The position numbers and the translations under genes were made by a program. The notes beneath the pieces were generated by a model. That model was given only the letters and a program-made list of their open reading frames with translations. It searched no databases and was not told the DNA's origin. From Octopus sinensis (taxonomy: Eukaryota), in the NCBI RefSeq assembly GCF_006345805.1, contig NC_043006.1, positions 101,680,001-101,744,000 on the forward strand: 64,000 bases of DNA. The letters run 5' to 3'. Below are positions 40,763 to 53,215 of this stretch, one piece after another. Within the stretch, counting starts at the first letter, position 1, and each line of letters opens with the position of its first letter.

Positions 40763-42639
40763 TAATTTTGCATAACGCACATTTGTGTTTATAGGCAATC
40801 TTCACAGAAGGAAGGTTACCCATTACTGTTATAAGCATTATTGCATTGCTGAAAATAAGGTAATTAGTTTCCCTTGTGCTGTGCACATGACCATTTCTAA
40901 GCCTTCCTTTAACCATGAATATTTATTGAGTAAAAGTTATATTTCTGTTAGAATAGGGTGTGAATACAGAGTATTAACCTTCTCAAACAACCTGTCACAG
41001 TCACACTCATGATATGAAAAGCATCTTATCCCTGCTTACCTCATTAATTTTTGTCCTCTCTTTACTGATTTCTAGTATTTTTATATGGCAATATGGTCTA
41101 CAGGTCCTAAAATATCTTCTCTTTTTATTCAGGCCAAGAAAGATAAAAAAGATATTTATTGTCTGTTTCATATATATTGTCTTTGAAGATATTACATTGA
41201 AGATTACTCCAGTAACCTCAATGTTCTTTCTATATTTCCTCATCACATGCATTCACTTCTGCCTCTGGTTAAATACTTTGTTAGATATAAAATATGATCA
41301 AACTTCTTTTCATGACCTGGCTTTAATTCAATATCTTTTTCGAAACCCATGGCAAGTTATTCACTGATTCCTTTTCTTTCTCTTTTTCTCTTTCTTTTCC
41401 ATTCTGTATCGTTTGTCTTTTTCTCTTTTCTGCCTTTCCTCCCCATCCTCCTACAGCTTTGAATTTCACACTGGTTGACTTTGAGAATAAGACATACATA
41501 GATCTGTAAAAGCTGCAACTATGGAAGAATATAATGAAAATTAATTTTCTGAATAAAAGAGATTGGCAGGATAAATGGGAAATATGTATTGGATGCCAGA
41601 TAGCTGATTGCAAATTCATGTGTTCAAATTCTTTGACAGCCATTGTCTTCTGTTTCTGGTTAAGGCACTTTATTTCATTCAGTCAACTTAGTTGAAAATG
41701 GGTACTACTTCCACTTCACAGATGAGTGGTCAGTATTAGTAAAGTCTTCCTGGAGGTTAAAAACTAAGCAAAAACTGAGAATAAGCTCCAATAATCAATG
41801 CAGGAATGACAAAGTTACCAACTTTCAAAACTGCTGCTGCATAGTAAACAAGATTTAAAAACATTGAAAAAGCAAGAATGTAAAACTCAATAGCAATATT
41901 TTGTAGTTGCTGCACTGCATACACAGAGATCGCTTTTCTAGTTTTGATTTATTTGCTATAGGTTTTTTGACCCTGGATACTTCAATTTTTTAAAAAATTT
42001 TTTATTTTTATATTTCATCTTCATCTGTCTCTCTTTTCAGTGTATAACGTTTCTATTATTTAAAAAAAAAATCTTTTTAGTCTGAAGGGAGAGCAGTGTC
42101 TATGACCATTACAAGGTCTCCAAAAGAAAAAGTATTTGGTCGACTCAGAGATAGAGGGAGGAAGATATCCTTAGTCTGAAGACTTGACTCAAATGCTTTA
42201 AACAGAACAGATTCTGCTGAAAGCACCCAAGATACTAGATAAGGGTTATGAACTGACTAATAGATTACATTTTCCACCTAAATAGGCCATGGCAGGATTT
42301 GAACACAGAATGTCAAGTGCTGGTTCGAATTCCAATTCTGCCAATCCACTAACCTGATTTGGTACTTTATATTACCAACCTTGAAAACTTTACCTTGGCA
42401 AGAATTGAACACAGAATGTCAAAGCATTCCATCTGATGCTCTAATGATTCTGCCAATTCACAGCCTATCATATTATACTACTTTGCTTTACCCTTATGAA
42501 TGTGGTTTTATATTAAATGTTTGCTTGTTGTTACCTTGTTTTAAGCACCAAATTTTCTGCCAATAAATGTAAGGAAAATCCTCATATGTACATGTATAGT
42601 TTTGGAGACTTATATGTGGTAGTGAGAGAAAAGTTTCAT

Positions 42640-42836
42640 CTCTTAGTTATCATATTTCTGTTAATTTTGAAAATAATGCAGAATTAGTAAAATAACTTTG
42701 TTATTATTAAGTAGGTGTTAAAATCATAAATTAGCATAAAATTTAATAGAGAGCTTGAATTTAGATCACTATAAAGCTAGAAGTTCCTATTATTGAAACA
42801 AAGGTAGCCTCAGGAGGTTGGTACCAAAAGGGCTAA
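42640..42836. mobile_element. MITE family 2, left end eroded
   Basis: ttaattttgaaaataatgcagaattagtaaaataactttg...ggttggtaccaaaagggctaa. Confidence 0.75.
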
Positions 42837-42904
42837 GACTAAATAGCATTTAGATAATTTTTAAAATTTTACATTATAATTACAATGCTGAGAATGATAC
42901 AGAC

Positions 42905-43255
42905 AAGTGGTTCTCAGTTATTTTCTGACCTATATATGTTACTATTTTATTATTGGGACCCTGTCCCCCATAACCATTTGACTTCTGAGTACTAGTTTAA
43001 TGGAGACTTCTTTCAAAAATTCCTATTTCATTTTTCACACGTTCATTTCACATGTTCATTTGCACTGGTAGTCTATGAGCAAAGATGTTTCAGTAGCCAG
43101 AAACATGTTGAACTATGTACAACATTAGAGAAAGAAACCTAGCTGTTTCTTGCAAGAAATATGTGTAAAGCAAATTTTTTTTTCAAGGACCCTTAAAACA
43201 CCTCTGTGGATCCCCTCCCTCCATGGGTCATATGGGCTCCATTTGAGAATCATAG
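42905..43255. mobile_element. hAT (Charlie-like) MITE
   Basis: Ends aagtggttctca / tttgagaatcatag. Flanking 8-mers atacagac (42897-42904) and atctagac (43256-43263) match 6/8 and resemble the nTCTAGAn target. Confidence 0.6.
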
Positions 43256-44032
43256 ATCTAGACTGACATTGCCAAAAAGAAAAAAGAAATTGATTTATAT
43301 GGTTTGCTTTTGTTATTTTAATAAATAAATTTAAAAGGTTTCAAAATTTAAACATCACGACTGAAAACTAAACTTTATGTCCAAAACTAAACTACTAGGA
43401 TAATTTAGAAAATTAATTTTTAAAAAATTTTCATATGTAAATTTTACTATTCTGATTAAGAACTAATACAATTATAACATTTTCACCATTAATACTGTAA
43501 CTTGTTTACATTTTCTCATTAAAAGTGTGTGTGTAAAGGTACATGTGACTAAATACTTTAAAGGTCTGTGAATATGTGCAAGTATTTTAAATGTTTTTGC
43601 ATAAATAAATACACACACACACACACTTCTTCCTTCAGGGTATTCTAACATTGTTGGGGTAAATATGATAAAACTATCTGTGATAACTTGCTCTGTTATT
43701 TAAAGTTCTTTTATTTGTCTTTTCATTATTGAAACAATGAATAATATCTTTTTCCAACATTAATAATGTTTGTTTGTTTTTCTTTTCTTTCAAAAATTGA
43801 AGTAACAAATTTATTTTCTGTTTTATGTTTATTAAACTTAATGCAATTATTATTACAGTTAGTCTTGTTGCATTATTATTATTGATGTAATAGCAGACAA
43901 AATGCCTGGTTTTGTTTGTTTAGTTAAAACACTTTCGATTCTGTGTTCATACCACCCTGAGGCTGAACTTTGCCTTTCACTCTTCTAAGACTTGTGAAAT
44001 AAGTAAGTAATGCAGTCAATATATGGAGTACG

Positions 44033-44215
44033 TAAGGCGGTGAACTGGCAGAACCATTGTACGTCTTGATGTTCAGAGTTCAAATTATGCCAAGGTTGAT
44101 TTTGCTTTTCAACCTTTTGGGGAGTCGATAAGTACCAGTTGAGCACTGGAGTTGATGTAATTGACATACTCCCTTCTCTTGAGCTTGCTAACCTTGTGCC
44201 AAAGTTTGAAACCAA
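44033..44215 (+). mobile_element. SINE B with an internal head deletion
   Basis: taaggcggtgaactggcagaaccattgtacgtcttgatgttcagagttcaaatt lacks the ~30 nt present in the 7863 copy. Confidence 0.8.
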
Positions 44216-44227
44216 TTTATCGACTGC

Positions 44228-44228
44228 A

Positions 44229-44262
<34 letters not shown>

Positions 44263-44545
44263 CCATTTAATGTCTGTCTTCCATGTTGGCATGGGTTGGA
44301 CAGTTTGACAGGAGCCAGCCAGACAGGAGCCTGCACCAGACTACTTGGTCTGTTTTGGCATGGTTTTTATGGCTGGATGCCCTTCCAAATGCCAACCACT
44401 GCACAGTGTGGATTGGATGCTTTTTATGTGGCACCAGCACCAGTTGGGTCATCAAGTAACTTGCAAGACAAGAAATTTTGAGAGGGGAGGGGCATTGGAG
44501 AAGGTGATCTTGTGTCAGATGATGAAAGATTAGAGTGTGACAGAG
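44228..44545 (-). mobile_element. Non-coding retroelement with RTE-type 3' tail
   Basis: (CAT)n then tttaatgtc...ggatgcccttcc...gatcttgtgtcagatgatgaaag; inverted homologue of 4250-4637. Confidence 0.8.
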
Positions 44546-45554
44546 AGGCAAAAACATTACTCTCCTAAATTAGTTAACTTCTACCCATCTCAGAAATTAT
44601 TATTATTATCATCATTAACATCCTTATTCTGATTTCAAACCCTGCTAAGGTTAACTTTACTTTTCATTCTTCCAGGAACAATAAAATAATTACCAATCAG
44701 TAACAGGGATTATTAAATTAACTGCGCCATCTCTGGCCTTGATCCAGTCATGTATATCCTTGTAGATCTTGGACCAATGATTGATAGAATCAGTAAAAAT
44801 TACTGTATTAAGTGTTGTATGTAGAAGTCTCTGAGCTCAAATCTTACCAGGATCAGTAATGAAAGTATGCAGAACCTATGCAGAATCATAATCTATGAAT
44901 ATATACATTTAATTATTTGATATCATGGATAAATAAAATAGAAATATAGTCTCATATATTAGTGATAACATCACTATACAATTATTAAGTTACAAAATAA
45001 TTTACAAACCACTAGACATTAATAATAACATTAAAGCATGTAAGGTGAAAACTGCGACATATATGCCCTCACACATCTTCACCAGTTTCTCTCTTTCTCT
45101 TTCCTTTTCCAACTGAGGTAGTCATGTATCTCCTCTAAGACATCTATTTCTATTCCTCTCTCAGTTGAAGGTGGGGGTGAGGATGGTTTCTTGCATTTTA
45201 TTTGGTTGTCCTGCTGGTGCTGGTGCTTTGTAAAAAGCTCTGAGGACACTATAAAGTGGTTGGCATTAGAAAGGTCATCCAGCAACAGAAACCACTAATT
45301 TAAATAACTAAGACCCTTCCTCTCAAATTTGCTGTGTAGATGTGAGAACTTAATGTTGGAGCAGGTATGACCTTATAGTTAAAAAGTCTACTTCATAATC
45401 ACATTACTCCACATCGGATTTGACAACATGGTGCTGTAAGGAAAATCTTGTCTAACACAGTCTTGGCCTATACCTTGTGGGTAAAATTTCATATACGGAA
45501 ATTGTGTCAAAGGTTGTCAGTTGTACTTGCGTGCATGTGTGCATGAGTATAGGG

Positions 45555-45854
45555 GGTAAAGACACCATGGGATTGCACCTAGAAACTTCCCCTCCAAGGC
45601 ACAAGTTGTTTATGTAAGACCAGCAGTCACCCACGCATACCAACCTGCCCTCTCCATGTCACCAATGTTAACCAAGGGAAAGGCAGGCCCACAGAACATG
45701 GCACTGGTGACTTCACAACTCATTTCTGCAGCTGAGTGAACTGGAACAACATGAAATAAAGTGTCTGACTCAAGAACACAACTCACAGCCTTGTCTGGGA
45801 ATAGAACTCACTACCTCATGATTGTGAGCCCGACGCTTTAACCACTGAGCCATG
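45555..45854 (-). mobile_element. SINE C, near full length (preceded by a degenerate SINE A head at ~45365-45545)
   Basis: Reverse complement head catggctcagtggttaaagcgtcgggctcacaatcatgaggtagtgagttctattccc. Confidence 0.8.
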
Positions 45855-45900
45855 AGTATATAATGTGTGTATATTTATACCAGCGTGAGGTGAGAACTGC

Positions 45901-48900
45901 TACATTTGAAGGGAAATGCCTTGTTTTATTGATGTTTTGACTGATTTAAGGTGGCAAGCTAGCAGAATCCATTCGTCTTTACATTTGAAGGGAAATGCCT
46001 TGTTTTATTGATGTTTTGACTGATTTAAGGTGGCAAGCTAGCAGAATCCATTCGTCTTTACATTTGAAGGGAAATGCCTTGTTTTATTGATGTTTTGACT
46101 GATTTAAGGTGGCAAGCTAGCAGAATCCATTCGTCTTTACATTTGAAGGGAAATGCCTTGTTTTATTGATGTTTTGACTGATTTAAGGTGGCAAGCTAGC
46201 AGAATCCATTCGTCTTTACATTTGAAGGGAAATGCCTTGTTTTATTGATGTTTTGACTGATTTAAGGTGGCAAGCTAGCAGAATCCATTCGTCTTTACAT
46301 TTGAAGGGAAATGCCTTGTTTTATTGATGTTTTGACTGATTTAGGTGGCAAGCTAGCAGAATCCATTTGTCTTTACATTTGAAGGGAAATGCCTTGTTTT
46401 ATTGATGTTTTGACTGATTTAAGGTGGCAAGCTAGCAGAATCCATTCGTCTTTACATTTGAAGGGAAATGCCTTGTTTTATTGATGTTTTGACTGATTTA
46501 AGGTGGCAAGCTAGCAGAATCCATTCGTCTTTACATTTGAAGGGAAATGCCTTGTTTTATTGATGTTTTGACTGATTTAAGGTGGCAAGCTAGCAGAATC
46601 CATTTGTCTTTACATTTGAAGGGAAATGCCTTGTTTTATTGATGTTTTGACTGATTTAAGGTGGCAAGCTAGCAGAATCCATTCGTCTTTACATTTGAAG
46701 GGAAATGCCTTGTTTTATTGATGTTTTGACTGATTTAAGGTGGCAAGCTAGCAGAATCCATTCGTCTTTACATTTGAAGGGAAATGCCTTGTTTTATTGA
46801 TGTTTTGACTGATTTAAGGTGGCAAGCTAGCAGAATCCATTCGTCTTTACATTTGAAGGGAAATGCCTTGTTTTATTGATGTTTTGACTGATTTAAGGTG
46901 GCAAGCTAGCAGAATCCATTTGTCTTTACATTTGAAGGGAAATGCCTTGTTTTATTGATGTTTTGACTGATTTAAGGTGGCAAGCTAGCAGAATCCATTT
47001 GTCTTTACATTTGAAGGGAAATGCCTTGTTTTATTGATGTTTTGACTGATTTAAGGTGGCAAGCTAGCAGAATCCATTCGTCTTTACATTTGAAGGGAAA
47101 TGCCTTGTTTTATTGATGTTTTGACTGATTTAAGGTGGCAAGCTAGCAGAATCCATTCGTCTTTACATTTGAAGGAAATGCCTTGTTTTATTGATGTTTT
47201 GACTGATTTAAGGTGGCAAGCTAGCAGAATCCATTCGTCTTTACATTTGAAGGGAAATGCCTTGTTTTATTGATGTTTTGACTGATTTAAGGTGGCAAGC
47301 TAGCAGAATCCATTTGTCTTTACATTTGAAGGGAAATGCCTTGTTTTATTGATGTTTTGACTGATTTAAGGTGGCAAGCTAGCAGAATCCATTGTCTTTA
47401 CATTTGAAGGGAAATGCCTTGTTTTATTGATGTTTTGACTGATTTAAGGTGGCAAGCTAGCAGAATCCATTCGTCTTTACATTTGAAGGGAAATGCCTTG
47501 TTTTATTGATGTTTTGACTGATTTAAGGTGGCAAGCTAGCAGAATCCATTCGTCTTTACATTTGAAGGGAAATGCCTTGTTTTATTGATGTTTTGACTGA
47601 TTTAAGGTGGCAAGCTAGCAGAATCCATTCGTCTTTACATTTGAAGGGAAATGCCTTGTTTTATTGATGTTTTGACTGATTTAAGGTGGCAAGCTAGCAG
47701 AATCCATTGTCTTTACATTTGAAGGGAAATGCCTTGTTTTATTGATGTTTTGACTGATTTAAGGTGGCAAGCTAGCAGAATCCATTCGTCTTTACATTTG
47801 AAGGGAAATGCCTTGTTTTATTGATGTTTTGACAGATTTAAGGTGGCAAGCTAGCAGAATCCATTCGTCTTTACATTTGAAGGGAAATGCCTTGTTTTAT
47901 TGATGTTTTGACTGATTTAAGGTGGCAAGCTAGCAGAATCCATTCGTCTTTACATTTGAAGGGAAATGCCTTGTTTTATTGATGTTTTGACTGATTTAAG
48001 GTGGCAAGCTAGCAGAATCCATTCGTCTTTACATTTGAAGGGAAATGCCTTGTTTTATTGATGTTTTGACTGATTTAAGGTGGCAAGCTAGCAGAATCCA
48101 TTTGTCTTTACATTTGAAGGGAAATGCCTTGTTTTATTGATGTTTTGACTGATTTAAGGTGGCAAGCTAGCAGAATCCATTTGTCTTTACATTTGAAGGG
48201 AAATGCCTTGTTTTATTGATGTTTTGACTGATTTAAGGTGGCAAGCTAGCAGAATCCATTCGTCTTTACATTTGAAGGGAAATGCCTTGTTTTATTGATG
48301 TTTTGACTGATTTAAGGTGGCAAGCTAGCAGAATCCATTTGTCTTTACATTTGAAGGGAAATGCCTTGTTTTATTGATGTTTTGACTGATTTAAGGTGGC
48401 AAGCTAGCAGAATCCATTTGTCTTTACATTTGAAGGGAAATGCCTTGTTTTATTGATGTTTTGACTGATTAAGGTGGCAAGCTAGCAGAATCCATTGTCT
48501 TTACATTTGAAGGAAATGCCTTGTTTTATTGATGTTTTGACTGATTTAGGTGGCAAGCTAGCAGAATCCATTGTCTTTACATTTGAAGGGAATGCCTTGT
48601 TTTATTGATGTTTTGACTGATTTAAGGTGGCAAGCTAGCAGAATCCATTTGTCTTTACATTTGAAGGGAAATGCCTTGTTTTATTGATGTTTTGACTGAT
48701 TTAAGGTGGCAAGCTAGCAGAATCCATTCGTCTTTACATTTGAAGGGAAATGCCTTGTTTTATTGATGTTTTGACTGATTTAAGGTGGCAAGCTAGCAGA
48801 ATCCATTCGTCTTTACATTTGAAGGGAAATGCCTTGTTTTATTGATGTTTTGACTGATTTAAGGTGGCAAGCTAGCAGAATCCATTCGTCTTTACATTTG

Positions 48901-51900
48901 AAGGGAAATGCCTTGTTTTATTGATGTTTTGACTGATTTAAGGTGGCAAGCTAGCAGAATCCATTCGTCTTTACATTTGAAGGGAAATGCCTTGTTTTAT
49001 TGATGTTTTGACTGATTTAAGGTGGCAAGCTAGCAGAATCCATTTGTCTTTACATTTGAAGGGAAATGCCTTGTTTTATTGATGTTTTGACTGATTTAAG
49101 GTGGCAAGCTAGCAGAATCCATTTGTCTTTACATTTGAAGGGAAATGCCTTGTTTTATTGATGTTTTGACTGATTTAAGGTGGCAAGCTAGCAGAATCCA
49201 TTCGTCTTTACATTTGAAGGGAAATGCCTTGTTTTATTGATGTTTTGACTGATTTAAGGTGGCAAGCTAGCAGAATCCATTCGTCTTTACATTTGAAGGG
49301 AAATGCCTTGTTTTATTGATGTTTTGACTGATTTAAGGTGGCAAGCTAGCAGAATCCATTTGTCTTTACATTTGAAGGGAAATGCCTTGTTTTATTGATG
49401 TTTTGACTGATTTAAGGTGGCAAGCTAGCAGAATCCATTGTCTTTACATTTGAAGGGAAATGCCTTGTTTTATTGATGTTTTGACTGATTTAAGGTGGCA
49501 AGCTAGCAGAATCCATTCGTCTTTACATTTGAAGGGAAATGCCTTGTTTTATTGATGTTTTGACTGATTTAAGGTGGCAAGCTAGCAGAATCCATTCGTC
49601 TTTACATTTGAAGGGAAATGCCTTGTTTTATTGATGTTTTGACTGATTTAAGGTGGCAAGCTAGCAGAATCCATTTGTCTTTACATTTGAAGGGAAATGC
49701 CTTGTTTTATTGATGTTTTGACTGATTTAAGGTGGCAAGCTAGCAGAATCCATTCGTCTTTACATTTGAAGGGAAATGCCTTGTTTTATTGATGTTTTGA
49801 CTGATTTAAGGTGGCAAGCTAGCAGAATCCATTTGTCTTTACATTTGAAGGGAAATGCCTTGTTTTATTGATGTTTTGACTGATTTAAGGTGGCAAGCTA
49901 GCAGAATCCATTTGTCTTTACATTTGAAGGGAAATGCCTTGTTTTATTGATGTTTTGACTGATTTAAGGTGGCAAGCTAGCAGAATCCATTCGTCTTACA
50001 TTTGAAGGGAAATGCCTTGTTTTATTGATGTTTTGACTGATTTAAGGTGGCAAGCTAGCAGAATCCATTTGTCTTTACATTTGAAGGGAAATGCCTTGTT
50101 TTATTGATGTTTTGACTGATTTAAGGTGGCAAGCTAGCAGAATCCATTTGTCTTTACATTTGAAGGGAAATGCCTTGTTTTATTGATGTTTTGACTGATT
50201 TAAGGTGGCAAGCTAGCAGAATCCATTTGTCTTTACATTTGAAGGGAAATGCCTTGTTTTATTGATGTTTTGACTGATTTAAGGTGGCAAGCTAGCAGAA
50301 TCCATTCGTCTTTACATTTGAAGGGAAATGCCTTGTTTTATTGATGTTTTGACTGATTTAAGGTGGCAAGCTAGCAGAATCCATTGTCTTTACATTTGAA
50401 GGGAAATGCCTTGTTTTATTGATGTTTTGACTGATTTAAGGTGGCAAGCTAGCAGAATCCATTTGTCTTTACATTTGAAGGGAAATGCCTGTTTTATTGA
50501 TGTTTTGACTGATTTAAGGTGGCAAGCTAGCAGAATCCATTCGTCTTTACATTTGAAGGGAAATGCCTTGTTTTATTGATGTTTTGACTGATTTAAGGTG
50601 GCAAGCTAGCAGAATCCATTTGTCTTTACATTTGAAGGGAAATGCCTTGTTTTATTGATGTTTTGACTGATTTAAGGTGGCAAGCTAGCAGAATCCATTT
50701 GTCTTTACATTTGAAGGGAAATGCCTTGTTTTATTGATGTTTTGACTGATTTAAGGTGGCAAGCTAGCAGAATCCATTCGTCTTTACATTTGAAGGGAAA
50801 TGCCTTGTTTTATTGATGTTTTGACTGATTTAAGGTGGCAAGCTAGCAGAATCCATTCGTCTTTACATTTGAAGGGAAATGCCTTGTTTTATTGATGTTT
50901 TGACTGATTTAAGGTGGCAAGCTAGCAGAATCCATTTGTCTTTACATTTGAAGGGAAATGCCTTGTTTTATTGATGTTTTGACTGATTTAAGGTGGCAAG
51001 CTAGCAGAATCCATTTGTCTTTACATTTGAAGGGAAATGCCTGTTTTATTGATGTTTTGACTGATTTAAGGTGGCAAGCTAGCAGAATCCATTCGTCTTT
51101 ACATTTGAAGGGAAATGCCTTGTTTTATTGATGTTTTGACTGATTTAAGGTGGCAAGCTAGCAGAATCCATTCGTCTTTACATTTGAAGGGAAATGCCTT
51201 GTTTTATTGATGTTTTGACTGATTTAAGGTGGCAAGCTAGCAGAATCCATTCGTCTTTACATTTGAAGGGAAATGCCTTGTTTTATTGATGTTTTGACTG
51301 ATTTAAGGTGGCAAGCTAGCAGAATCCATTCGTCTTTACATTTGAAGGGAAATGCCTTGTTTTATTGATGTTTTGACTGATTTAAGGTGGCAAGCTAGCA
51401 GAATCCATTCGTCTTTACATTTGAAGGGAAATGCCTTGTTTTATTGATGTTTTGACTGATTTAAGGTGGCAAGCTAGCAGAATCCATTCGTCTTTACATT
51501 TGAAGGGAAATGCCTTGTTTTATTGATGTTTTGACTGATTTAAGGTGGCAAGCTAGCAGAATCCATTCGTCTTTACATTTGAAGGGAAATGCCTTGTTTT
51601 ATTGATGTTTTGACTGATTTAAGGTGGCAAGCTAGCAGAATCCATTCGTCTTTACATTTGAAGGGAAATGCCTTGTTTTATTGATGTTTTGACTGATTTA
51701 AGGTGGCAAGCTAGCAGAATCCATTCGTCTTTACATTTGAAGGGAAATGCCTTGTTTTATTGATGTTTTGACTGATTTAAGGTGGCAAGCTAGCAGAATC
51801 CATTCGTCTTTACATTTGAAGGGAAATGCCTTGTTTTATTGATGTTTTGACTGATTTAAGGTGGCAAGCTAGCAGAATCCATTCGTCTTTACATTTGAAG

Positions 51901-52370
51901 GGAAATGCCTTGTTTTATTGATGTTTTGACTGATTTAAGGTGGCAAGCTAGCAGAATCCATTCGTCTTTACATTTGAAGGGAAATGCCTTGTTTTATTGA
52001 TGTTTTGACTGATTTAAGGTGGCAAGCTAGCAGAATCCATTTGTCTTTACATTTGAAGGGAAATGCCTTGTTTTATTGATGTTTTGACTGATTTAAGGTG
52101 GCAAGCTAGCAGAATCCATTTGTCTTTACATTTGAAGGAAATGCCTTGTTTTATTGATGTTTTGACTGATTTAAGGTGGCAAGCTAGCAGAATCCATTTG
52201 TCTTTACATTTGAAGGGAAATGCCTTGTTTTATTGATGTTTTGACTGATTTAAGGTGGCAAGCTAGCAGAATCCATTTGTCTTTACATTTGAAGGGAAAT
52301 GCCTTGTTTTATTGATGTTTTGACTGATTTAAGGTGGCAAGCTAGCAGAATCCATTCGTCTTTACATTTG
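45901..52370. repeat. Satellite/minisatellite array: 82 x 79 bp plus 8 nt
   Basis: Unit tacatttgaagggaaatgccttgttttattgatgttttgactgatttaaggtggcaagctagcagaatccattcgtctt. Hand count of 82 units; 82x79+8 minus 16 observed 1-nt deletions = 6470, the observed span. Confidence 0.97.
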
Positions 52371-52502
52371 TGAGGTCAAATTCCGCCAAAGTTGACTTTG
52401 CTTTTTATTTCTACAGACTCAATAAAAAAATATCAGTAGAGCACTGGGGTCAACATCATTGATCTCTCCATTCCTCAAAAATTTGCTGGCCTTGTGCCAA
52501 GG
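52331..52502 (+). mobile_element. SINE B whose head forms the last array unit
   Basis: aaggtggcaagctagcagaatc...tttacatttgtgaggtcaaattccgccaaagttgactttgc...gagcactggggtc...gctggccttgtgccaag is colinear with 7863-8069 and 44033-44215. Confidence 0.85.
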
Positions 52503-52794
52503 TAAGAATGTTAATGGTTGATTGGGTTATTTCCCTTTATATCAATTTTCACTTAGCATTTTGTATCATAGGAAAATGATAAATTATGATAATTAAGACT
52601 TTGTAGGGTCTTTTAATATCAATCCGTTAAATACTTAGGGTTGATATAAAGCAATCCCATGATATAACCAAGTGCACCAAAATGTTCCAAAATTAGGTAT
52701 CTATATTATTGTTTTTGCTATTATTATTAGTTTCATTGTTATCTTTACTATTATTATTATTGTTATTACTATTTTTATTGTGTTTATTCTTAGA

Positions 52795-53215
52795 GCAGTG
52801 GATTTGCAGAATTATTAGAGCATTGGAGAAAAAGCTGTGTGATATTTGTTCCAGCACTTGATATTTTAAGTTCAAACCATGCTCCCCTTCAACTTTGCCT
52901 TTTATCCTTTTGAGGTTGATAAAATAAGTGCCAATTGAACACTGGAGTTGGTATAATTGACTTGAATCACCACCCTTAAAACTGCTACCTTTATGTCAAA
53001 AGTTGAGACCATTTTTATTTTTAAGGTTGTGGATTTGCAGAACTGTTGGAACATTGGAAACTTCTAACTCTTTACATTCTGAATTCAAATATAGCTTTGG
53101 TCAGTTTTACCTTCTGTCCTTCTGAGAACTACAGAAATAAGTACTTGTTCAGTACCGAAATCAATAGTATCAACTAATACGTTTTCCTCCAAATTTCTGG
53201 TCTTGTGCTTAATGA
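52795..53215 (+). mobile_element. Two tandem degenerate SINE B copies (~52795-52995 and ~53020-53215)
   Basis: Each has gatttgcagaa...ttcaaa...ctttg/ttttac...aataagt. Confidence 0.65.

Noticed and set aside
45901-52370. CRISPR-like array or repetitive coding region
   Set aside because: There are no unique spacers (units are head-to-tail identical), the context is eukaryotic and has no cas genes, and 79 is not a multiple of 3 with no long ORF.
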